Below are positions 9,731 through 17,202 of a stretch of 58,283 bases of DNA, one piece after another. The notes under the pieces are model-generated. The model did no database searches, was not told where the DNA came from, and saw nothing but the letters and a program-made list of their open reading frames with translations. The DNA is from an uncultured Nitrospira sp. GTDB taxonomy: Bacteria > Nitrospirota > Nitrospiria > Nitrospirales > Nitrospiraceae. The stretch spans positions 1 to 58,283 of the forward strand of contig CAZPYP010000003.1 of NCBI GenBank assembly GCA_964590845.1, read 5' to 3'. How positions within the stretch are numbered: the first letter of the stretch is position 1; every line of letters begins with the position of its first letter. The position numbers and the translations under genes are program-made.

Positions 9731-9907
9731 TTGCCCTCATGCCGGCATGGCGAGAGAATCATGGGACAGGACATCGAAATGGAGGCGCGGGCGGGGCGAT
9801 TCGGAAGATTCTGCCTTGTTGGATCGCTCGTAGGGAGGAACTTTTTTCCCTGCGCACCCGGTAAGGGATCGACCGGGACAGCTCACGCCAGGAGCCTGAC
9901 GTCGAGC

Positions 9908-9921
9908 GTCAAATCATTGAC
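9908..9921. promoter_or_regulatory. FleQ-like palindromic box
   Basis: gcGTCAAATCATTGACgc, overlapping the PilZ gene stop codon. Confidence 0.45.
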
Positions 9922-10645
9922 GCGAGCGCAAGGCCGGCTCTCCCCCGCTCTGCTTCTGAAGAATGCATCGTTCGAGCACCTGCTGGACCGATCCGCCCCA
10001 GCCGCGGAACTCGATGAACTCCATGTCGTTGAACCGGAATTCGACGCCGAGCAGGAATGCGGCGCCTTGCTCTTGGAGATTCTTCACCACGCCGCTCAGG
10101 TTGGTGATGTGCCCGATGCCCGGCAAGCCGAATTCCATCTTGATCAGGGCGCCGGCTTTGAGGCTCTTCGGCAGCTGCGCGACCAACACGCTGCAGCCGC
10201 TTTGGCTGACGTCTTGGAGAAGGCCGCCAAGCAATCCGTCTTTGCCCGGTTTGACGCCGGTTCCTTCGCCGCCGACCTCCATGAGCAACATCGGTTCGTT
10301 GCTCGGGACGCGCACGTGTTTTCGGAGGTGGAATTCCTCCACAGTCTTAGGAAAGGCAAGAAACAGCAACGGCACCGGCTGCAGAACGGAGTCCCGAACC
10401 TCGCTTCGATATCCGATCCACTTGCCCGCATGCATATAGCTGACGACGCACGAAGCCCCTGCCTTGCATTTCACATCCTGCTGGTCGTGAAAAGGCCATT
10501 CGCAGACCAGCCAGGCGTTGTCTTTCCAACCCAACAGCGTCGAGGCGCATTGGATTTTTCCCTGCTCGGTATGGATCGTGAGCTTCAAGGGCAATCCGAC
10601 TGAAAGGAAGGAGTGCGAGACAGTCGAGGGCGTCGAGTCGCTCAT
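9914..10645 (-). CDS. Flagellar brake-type PilZ domain protein (YcgR/MotI-like c-di-GMP effector)
   Basis: N-terminal PilZN-like domain, RKHVR (RxxxR) and DVSQSG (DxSxxG), C-terminal LGVEF; ATGA overlap with HD-GYP gene. Confidence 0.85.
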   Translation of the reverse strand: MSDSTPSTVSHSFLSVGLPLKLTIHTEQGKIQCASTLLGWKDNAWLVCEWPFHDQQDVKCKAGASCVVSYMHAGKWIGYRSEVRDSVLQPVPLLFLAFPKTVEEFHLRKHVRVPSNEPMLLMEVGGEGTGVKPGKDGLLGGLLQDVSQSGCSVLVAQLPKSLKAGALIKMEFGLPGIGHITNLSGVVKNLQEQGAAFLLGVEFRFNDMEFIEFRGWGGSVQQVLERCILQKQSGGEPALRSRQ

Positions 10646-11892
10646 GCGGCCTCCTTGTCGAGATAGGTCTTGGGGTCGATCCCGACGTTTTCGGGGGAGA
10701 GTACCGAATGGACCGTCCGGCGCGGTCGACGGACTTGCTCGGCCAAATTCACCGACTCCGGCATCGCCAACAACGTATTGCCGCTCGATTTTACGATGAG
10801 CACCTGCGGCTCCAGCGGACGCTGATGGTGGATCTGGCAGACGACGGCAATTTCTCCCGTGTTCAGTCCGACGAGTGACCCGACGGGATAGACTCCCACC
10901 ACTTGCACGAACCGTTGCAGAAACTGGCTGTCGACGTGGCCGCGCTGCGCCAGCTGGTAGATGAACTGCAGCGCCTCGTGCGGCGGCTTCGCCTTGTGAT
11001 AACAGCGATCGCTGGTAATGGCATCGTAAATATCGACGATCGATGCGATGAGGCCGAACTCGCTGAGCTCGGCCTTGGTGCGACGATACGGGTATCCGGT
11101 CCCGTCCACCCGCTCGTGATGTTCCATCGTCGGTTTCAGGTAGACATCGGACAGGCCGGTTGTGCCGGACAGGATTTCGACGCCGCGCATGACGTGCTGC
11201 TGCATGATCTCGAATTCGTTGGCCTCGAAGCGCCCGGGCTTGTTCAGGATCTCGAGTGGAATCCGCGTCTTGCCGATGTCATGGAGCAGTGTGCCGACTC
11301 CCAACCGGTGCAGGGTATCACGGTCGAAGCCGGCACTCCGCCCCAGCGCCAGCCCCAGCAGAGACGTGTTCACCGAGTGGTAGAAGGTGTATTCGTCGAA
11401 TTGCTTCAGCCGCGACAGGCTGGTCAGCGCATCCGGATTCCTGAGCACGCTGTCCGCCATCTCGGACACCACCTGGTTTACCGCTTCCATATTGATGTCG
11501 CGCCCCATGCGTACGTCGACCATGGCCTGCCCGATCACGTTTTTGGCCGCCTTGTAGACTTGTCTGGCCAGCGGCAGCTCTTCTTCGAAAGTCGTCGGGG
11601 ACGGTTCGCCGACCGAGGCGCCCGGTTCGGCAGCGGGCTCAGGCGCCAAGAGGCTCTGCGAGGGCGGTTCATCGGCGGCCGGAGCGGCAGCCGGCTTGGA
11701 CTCAGGCGCGGACTCGTCGGCTTCGACGTCCAACACACGGACACCGCAGGCGCGAAGCGCCTCGATTTGCTGCACAGCGGTCACCTTCATGCGGTGCCGG
11801 AGAAAAGGCGTCTCGGCCCATGACTTGTCCAACTTGACAATCTTCATGCCGACAGACAGTTCGTCGATCGAGATGTGTCTACGCATCGCCAT
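10642..11892 (-). CDS. HD-GYP c-di-GMP phosphodiesterase with DUF3391-like N-terminus
   Basis: ISIDELSVGM, YTFYHSVN, HDIGK, HHERVDGTGYP, IVDIYDAITSDRCY, YPVGSLV. Confidence 0.9.
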   Translation of the reverse strand: MAMRRHISIDELSVGMKIVKLDKSWAETPFLRHRMKVTAVQQIEALRACGVRVLDVEADESAPESKPAAAPAADEPPSQSLLAPEPAAEPGASVGEPSPTTFEEELPLARQVYKAAKNVIGQAMVDVRMGRDINMEAVNQVVSEMADSVLRNPDALTSLSRLKQFDEYTFYHSVNTSLLGLALGRSAGFDRDTLHRLGVGTLLHDIGKTRIPLEILNKPGRFEANEFEIMQQHVMRGVEILSGTTGLSDVYLKPTMEHHERVDGTGYPYRRTKAELSEFGLIASIVDIYDAITSDRCYHKAKPPHEALQFIYQLAQRGHVDSQFLQRFVQVVGVYPVGSLVGLNTGEIAVVCQIHHQRPLEPQVLIVKSSGNTLLAMPESVNLAEQVRRPRRTVHSVLSPENVGIDPKTYLDKEAA

Positions 11893-11947
11893 TCCCTTCG
11901 GCCGGGAGCAAGGAGCGGTAAAACGCACCAACCGGCTTCGACGAACT

Positions 11948-11975
11948 TTATCGGCCTTGGGCAACGGTAACTTGA
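11948..11975 (-). promoter_or_regulatory. sigma28 (FliA) promoter for HD-GYP/PilZ operon
   Basis: TCAA-N16-GCCGATAA on minus strand. Confidence 0.75.
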
Positions 11976-12034
11976 GACCAGCGGCGCTCGCCGCACACGA
12001 TCCTAGGAAGACGGGAGGTATCCGGTGCCAACAG

Positions 12035-12062
12035 TCAAGTCGGCATCACACAAGGCCGATAC
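12035..12062 (+). promoter_or_regulatory. sigma28 (FliA) promoter for HD-GYP/hybrid kinase operon
   Basis: TCAA-N16-GCCGATAC on plus strand. Confidence 0.7.
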
Positions 12063-12139
12063 GGCAATGACGGGTTCCGCACGGACAGGAGCGGCCGCCG
12101 GTCCGGCCGATGCCGCGAGACGCGACGAAGGAGACGTGG

Positions 12140-13411
12140 ATGAAAGTGCGCAAACGTATTCGTATCGAGCAGCTCAAACCCGGCATGTTCGTGGTCGGCA
12201 TGGACCAGCCCTGGTACAAGACCCCCTATCTACTCCACCACTTTCTCGTCCAATCGAGCGACACCGTCGCGGAGCTGATCCGCCATGGAGTCCGCGAGGT
12301 CTCGATCGATCCCAACAAGGGGCTGGACGTACCGGATCAGGAACCGGCTTCGGCGTCCGCTGCCGACGGAGCCGTTGCCCCGTCCGTGAGCGAGCCGTCG
12401 CCCACCGGGTCGAATAAGTCCCCGGCCTCCGACAAGCGACCCGATGCCGTGAGCCGCCTCGACCAGATGATGTACCAGGAAGCTGAAGCCGCCATTGAGC
12501 GGGTCTTCGAAGAAGTGAACAACGGCGATGTTCCCTCGGTACCGGCCCTCCGATCGATCGTGGGAGGGTTCTTCACCCGAGTGCTGCAGGACCGCACGGC
12601 AATGATGACGCAGGTGATGCTGCAGCAGATGCGGCGCTTCGACCGCAGTTTGGCCGCCCATGCGATCGACACCTCGATCCTTTCGCTGATCTTCGCCTCG
12701 GAATACGGCGTCCCGCAAGACGAGATGGAGATGATCGGCGTCGGGGCGTTGATGCACGACATCGGCTACGTCAGACTGCCCCGAAACCTGTATCGCGCCA
12801 GGCGTCAGCTGGCTCTCCATGAAGAAGAATTGCTCCAGCAGCATCCCCGTCTGGGTCACACGATGCTGGCAGACGTAATGGGCTTTCCCGACATCGCTCG
12901 CCGCATTGTCGTGGAACACCATGAACGCATCGACGGCTCCGGTTATCCCGCTCGGCTGAGCGGAACGGCGCTCGCCATGGCCGGTCAATTGGTCGGACTC
13001 GTCGATACCTACGAATCACTGGTCACCTTCCGAGCGGGACACGTGCCGCTCTCTCCGTTCCAAGCCATTCGCAACCTCTTCATGTTGGGAGAGAAGCGGA
13101 CGTTCGACAAGGCGCTCGTCGAATTGGCGATCAAGTGCCTGGGCGTCTATCCGATCGGCAGCGTCGTCAAACTCAACACGGGGGAAAAAGCGATCGTCGT
13201 CGGAGTCCATCCGGAGCATCGATTGAAACCGATCGTCAAGGTGGTGTTGGGGCCGCGCGGAGAATCCTACCCGACCCCCCTCGAGATCGATTTGGCGACA
13301 GGGATAGATGCGGAGCCGAAACGGACGATCCTGACGGCGCTCGATCCGACGACCGAACAGATCAACGTCGCCATGTATCTCGACTGCACTCCCCAGGAGC
13401 CTGCGGCATGA
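12140..13411 (+). CDS. HD-GYP domain protein with DUF3391-like N-terminus (paralog)
   Basis: IRIEQLKPGM, HDIGY, HHERIDGSGYP, YPIGSVVKLNTGE; AAGGAG RBS before ATG 12140. Confidence 0.88.
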   Translation: MKVRKRIRIEQLKPGMFVVGMDQPWYKTPYLLHHFLVQSSDTVAELIRHGVREVSIDPNKGLDVPDQEPASASAADGAVAPSVSEPSPTGSNKSPASDKRPDAVSRLDQMMYQEAEAAIERVFEEVNNGDVPSVPALRSIVGGFFTRVLQDRTAMMTQVMLQQMRRFDRSLAAHAIDTSILSLIFASEYGVPQDEMEMIGVGALMHDIGYVRLPRNLYRARRQLALHEEELLQQHPRLGHTMLADVMGFPDIARRIVVEHHERIDGSGYPARLSGTALAMAGQLVGLVDTYESLVTFRAGHVPLSPFQAIRNLFMLGEKRTFDKALVELAIKCLGVYPIGSVVKLNTGEKAIVVGVHPEHRLKPIVKVVLGPRGESYPTPLEIDLATGIDAEPKRTILTALDPTTEQINVAMYLDCTPQEPAA

Positions 13412-16242
13412 GCGAATCGACTCACGCGCCTAAACCCCGACCGGCGCACCACAGCGCCCAGGCTGCTCCGATTGCCTCTCCGCTGCTCGACGCGCTTTCT
13501 CTCGCCTGTTGCCTGGTGGATGAGCGAGGAACGGTGCTCTGGGCGAATCGCGTTGCGGCCCGCATGCTCTCGCGGTCGCGCGAACGCTGCATCGAACAAC
13601 CTCTCGAACGATTGTTCGGCTGGCAGGATATAGGGGGGCACCTGCTCCCGGGAGCCCCGAGGCTGCCGGGCATCCTCGCCGCCCGGCAACCGGCTGAGGG
13701 AATTCATACGATCGACCCGGATGGAGGGGGTTCGCTTCAGATCAGTTGGTCTTGCCATCCGCTGTGCGAGAGTCCGGGCCCTGCCGCGCTGTTCAGTTTT
13801 CGTGACCTGACGGAAGAGCAGGCGGTCGAAGACGACCGTAATCGCCTGGCCAAAATCGCTGAAGAGTCTCCGGCGCCTCTGATCGAGTTGGACGAGACGG
13901 GAGGCTTGCTCTACGCCAACCCCGCCATGACGACTCTGCTGAAGGCCTTCGGCTATTCGGAGCAGGGGTTTCCCCGCGTCGTGCCCTCCGACATCGAACG
14001 CATCATCCAGGACTGCTTGGAGAGCGGCCATACGTCTCTCCCGGTCGAGGTGACACATTCAGGATTTACCTTTGCTTGGACCTTCTGCCCCGATCTTCCT
14101 CACCGGCACGTCCGCGGCTATGCGGTGGATCTCACCGACATCCGCTTGACCCAGCAGTTGTTGCAGGACGCGACCGTCCGCCTCGAACGGACGAACGGAG
14201 AATTGGAATCGGCATTGCAACAGGCCAAGGCGGCGGCACAGGCCAAAACCAACTTCTTCGCCACCATGAGCCACGAGCTACGGACGCCGATGAACGGCGT
14301 CATCGGCATGGCCGACCTGCTCCGGGACTCTCCGCTGACGGAAGATCAACAGTCTTGCGTCGATACGATCCGGCAGTGCGGCGAGGCGCTGCTGGCGATC
14401 ATCAGCGATATCCTAGACTGCAGCAAGATCGAGTCGGGCAAGTTGGAACTCGAGTCGATCGACTTCAATCTGCGCACGACCGTGGAGGACGTGCTCGCCC
14501 AGTTCGCGGAACGGGCGCAAACGAAGGGTATCGAAATCACCGGCTGCGTGCACCGCGAGGTGCCGACCGCTTTGAAAGGAGATCCCGGGAGGCTGCGCCA
14601 GGTTCTGACCAACTTGGTGGCCAACGGGGTCAAGTTCACGGATCGAGGGGAAGTGACGCTCCAAGCGTATCTCGAAGAGGAGGGGGTCGAGCGGGTCCGC
14701 ATCCGATTCGAGATCACCGACACGGGCATCGGTATTCCTCCCGAAGGGCAGCAACGGCTGTTCACTCCGTTTACGCAGGCCGACAGTTCGATGACCAGGA
14801 GGTTCGGCGGTACGGGATTGGGCCTGGCGATCTGCAAACAGCTGGTGGAATTGATGGGTGGAAACATCGGGGTGACCAGTACCGATGGGAAAGGCAGCAC
14901 CTTCTGGTGCACGACTCTGTTCGACAAACAACCGGTGCAGTCCGTCAGCCAGGACACGCAGTCGGACCTGAAGAACCGCCGCGTCCTGATCGTGGACGAC
15001 AACGAATCGCACCGCATGATTCTCCACCATTTCTTGAGCGGATGGGGCATACAGGACGACCGCGCCGAGAACGCCCAGCGGGCCGTCGAACTGGTCGAAG
15101 CCGCCGCCACCTCCGGGCGGCCTTATGACGTCGCCGTCCTTGATATGATGATGCCGGACCAGGACGGCTTGGCACTGGCGAAGATGCTCCGCGCGCATCC
15201 GGCCGGCCGGAACCTCCGGCTTCTCCTGTTGACCTCACTCGTCCAAAAGGGACAGGCTGACCAGGCCAAACAGGCCGGCATCGACGTCTACCTCACCAAA
15301 CCCGTGCGCCACGATCAACTGTACGACGGCTTGTGCCGAGCGCTGGGATTTGCGCGCGTCCCGGCCGAACGTTCCTCGGGCGACGGCGGTTCGCCGCCAA
15401 CCGGGATACGGCCGGCGCACGTCCTTGTCGTTGAAGACAATCCCGTCAACCAAAAATTAACCGCCAAGCTGCTCGAACGTATGGGCTATGACGTCGCCGT
15501 GGCCGATGGAGGACGCGAAGCGCTGACCGCGCTCGACGGCGCTCGCTACGACGCGGTCCTGATGGACTGCCAGATGCCCGTCATGGACGGGTTCGAGACT
15601 ACCGCGGCGATCCGCGCCAGGGAACAGGCCGGCGAACGGACGCACCACGCTACTCATATTCCGATTATCGCCGTCACCGCCAATGCCATGCCGGGAGACC
15701 GGGAACGCTGCCTCGCGGCCGGCATGGACGACTATCTCTCGAAGCCGGTCAAGAGCGAGGAGCTACAGGCTGCCCTGCTGCGATGGCTACCGGTGACGGA
15801 GAGTTCGTCGACACCGACCGCCGCTCGGCCTGCTGCGATCCAGCACGGGACCGGCCGGCCGCTCAGTCCTCCTTCGTTCCGACAACTCCCGGCCTTCGAT
15901 CCGGTAACGCTGCTCGACAACATCGGCGGGGACGAAGAATTTCTCCGCCAGTTGCTGGGCATGTTCTTGGGCCGCTCCGCCGGCATGGTGCAGCGAATCA
16001 CCACCGCCGTGGAAACGGGGGAGGCCCCGGCTCTCGAACAGGCGGCCCATCTGCTCAAAGGCACGGCCGGGAATCTCTGTGCCAGAACAGTGTCGCTGCT
16101 CGCGAGCCAGCTCGAAGCGATGGGGAAGGCCGGACAAGTCCAGGACGCGGGACGGATGATCGAACCATTACGCCAAGCGGTCGCCCACCTCACTCGGGAC
16201 ATCGAACAGTATCTCGCCAAACCGGACCGCGCTGCGGCGTAG
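13408..16242 (+). CDS. Cytoplasmic hybrid histidine kinase (PAS-PAS-HisKA-HATPase-REC-REC-Hpt)
   Basis: SHELRTPMNGVIG, NGVKFT, DTGIGI, GGTGLGL, two REC domains (LDMMMP, MDCQMP), Hpt AAHLLKGTAGNL; ATGA overlap with HD-GYP stop. Confidence 0.92.
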   Translation: MSESTHAPKPRPAHHSAQAAPIASPLLDALSLACCLVDERGTVLWANRVAARMLSRSRERCIEQPLERLFGWQDIGGHLLPGAPRLPGILAARQPAEGIHTIDPDGGGSLQISWSCHPLCESPGPAALFSFRDLTEEQAVEDDRNRLAKIAEESPAPLIELDETGGLLYANPAMTTLLKAFGYSEQGFPRVVPSDIERIIQDCLESGHTSLPVEVTHSGFTFAWTFCPDLPHRHVRGYAVDLTDIRLTQQLLQDATVRLERTNGELESALQQAKAAAQAKTNFFATMSHELRTPMNGVIGMADLLRDSPLTEDQQSCVDTIRQCGEALLAIISDILDCSKIESGKLELESIDFNLRTTVEDVLAQFAERAQTKGIEITGCVHREVPTALKGDPGRLRQVLTNLVANGVKFTDRGEVTLQAYLEEEGVERVRIRFEITDTGIGIPPEGQQRLFTPFTQADSSMTRRFGGTGLGLAICKQLVELMGGNIGVTSTDGKGSTFWCTTLFDKQPVQSVSQDTQSDLKNRRVLIVDDNESHRMILHHFLSGWGIQDDRAENAQRAVELVEAAATSGRPYDVAVLDMMMPDQDGLALAKMLRAHPAGRNLRLLLLTSLVQKGQADQAKQAGIDVYLTKPVRHDQLYDGLCRALGFARVPAERSSGDGGSPPTGIRPAHVLVVEDNPVNQKLTAKLLERMGYDVAVADGGREALTALDGARYDAVLMDCQMPVMDGFETTAAIRAREQAGERTHHATHIPIIAVTANAMPGDRERCLAAGMDDYLSKPVKSEELQAALLRWLPVTESSSTPTAARPAAIQHGTGRPLSPPSFRQLPAFDPVTLLDNIGGDEEFLRQLLGMFLGRSAGMVQRITTAVETGEAPALEQAAHLLKGTAGNLCARTVSLLASQLEAMGKAGQVQDAGRMIEPLRQAVAHLTRDIEQYLAKPDRAAA

Positions 16243-16271
16243 CCGGACCGTCGGCCATAGGGAATACCGCA

Positions 16272-16745
16272 TTATTGACAAGCAGTCGCTGGAAGTGCTT
16301 TCTCTGCTGGCAGAGGCGTCGGTGCGGAAAACACGGGATGACGGGTGGGGTAACTGTCCGCCAACACGAGCTGCTTGCCGAGCCTGGTGCGAGGATTCAT
16401 GATGAGCGGCCCACGGAGGTTCGCCGTGACCGAGGCCGGATCCTCCGAAGGAATCGTCAAGATGACGGCAACCGACAGATCTTCCGAGGCCTCGCCTTTG
16501 ACTTCCGCCAAGGCTTCCGAAGTCAGGGCGACGGAATAGCCCTCCATGAAGTCGACCGGATCCATAATGACGAAGGCCAACCCCGGATCATCCATCGCTT
16601 GCAACCATTTGAAGGGCGCATCGGTATCATGATCGAGAATCACATACCGGGTTTGTTCATGGAAGCCGAGCAATCCGGATGGAAATGTGAGGACGCTCTC
16701 CTCCTTGACCTCAAACGATCCGAATTTGGCGCTGTGGCACTTCAT
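16272..16745 (-). CDS. fliW: Flagellar assembly factor / CsrA antagonist FliW
   Basis: FPSGLLGF, FKWLQAMDDPGLAF, TANLRGPLIMN, GKQLVL; follows csrA; alternative TTG start at 16757. Confidence 0.92.
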   Translation of the reverse strand: MKCHSAKFGSFEVKEESVLTFPSGLLGFHEQTRYVILDHDTDAPFKWLQAMDDPGLAFVIMDPVDFMEGYSVALTSEALAEVKGEASEDLSVAVILTIPSEDPASVTANLRGPLIMNPRTRLGKQLVLADSYPTRHPVFSAPTPLPAEKALPATACQ

Positions 16746-16753
16746 CGTTAGGC

Positions 16754-16999
16754 TCAACTCGTCCGGCGCTGTTTCGATTGCATCAAGTTCCGGAATGCTT
16801 CCAAGGGAACGATCTGGGGACGCGCCGCCAGACGGTTTTCATCTTGTATGCGCGCGTAGACCTCGTCACGGTGGACTTCGACGGTCAGCGGCGCTTCGAT
16901 ACCCAGGCGGACCTGTCCGCCTTTCATCCCGAGCACGACCACCCGAATGTCCGGACCGATCGTGACGCCTTCGCCACGTCGCCGCGTTAAAACCAGCAT
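16754..16999 (-). CDS. csrA: Carbon storage regulator CsrA
   Basis: [24 protein letters not shown]...QVRLGIEAP...[14 protein letters not shown], with the C-terminal extension typical of FliW-regulated CsrA. Confidence 0.95.
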   Translation of the reverse strand: MLVLTRRRGEGVTIGPDIRVVVLGMKGGQVRLGIEAPLTVEVHRDEVYARIQDENRLAARPQIVPLEAFRNLMQSKQRRTS

Positions 17000-17160
17000 G
17001 CCAGCCTTCCTTGGCTGAGTAGAACGGTGAACATCCCCGCCGGCGCCGCCTCGCAACATTCAAAGGGGCCGCGCACAAGCGGCGGTATGCTGAACCTGCT
17101 CGCCAGTTGCGGCCTTGCCGGACGGCCGGATTGACCACCCGTTCACTGCCCCTCTCATCT

Positions 17161-17187
17161 CTATCGGCCGCCTTTAGAGGAACTTGA
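17161..17187 (-). promoter_or_regulatory. sigma28 (FliA) promoter for csrA-fliW
   Basis: TCAA-N15-GCCGATAG on minus strand just after the flgL stop. Confidence 0.7.
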
Positions 17188-17202
17188 CCGCCGCCGACGG
17201 CT

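Noticed and set aside
13135-13407. Upstream extensions of longest ORFs (hybrid kinase, also fleS, fliP, fliQ, flgB, csrA, aminotransferase)
   Set aside because: They overlap upstream genes or intergenic elements; better starts with SD or ATGA coupling lie downstream
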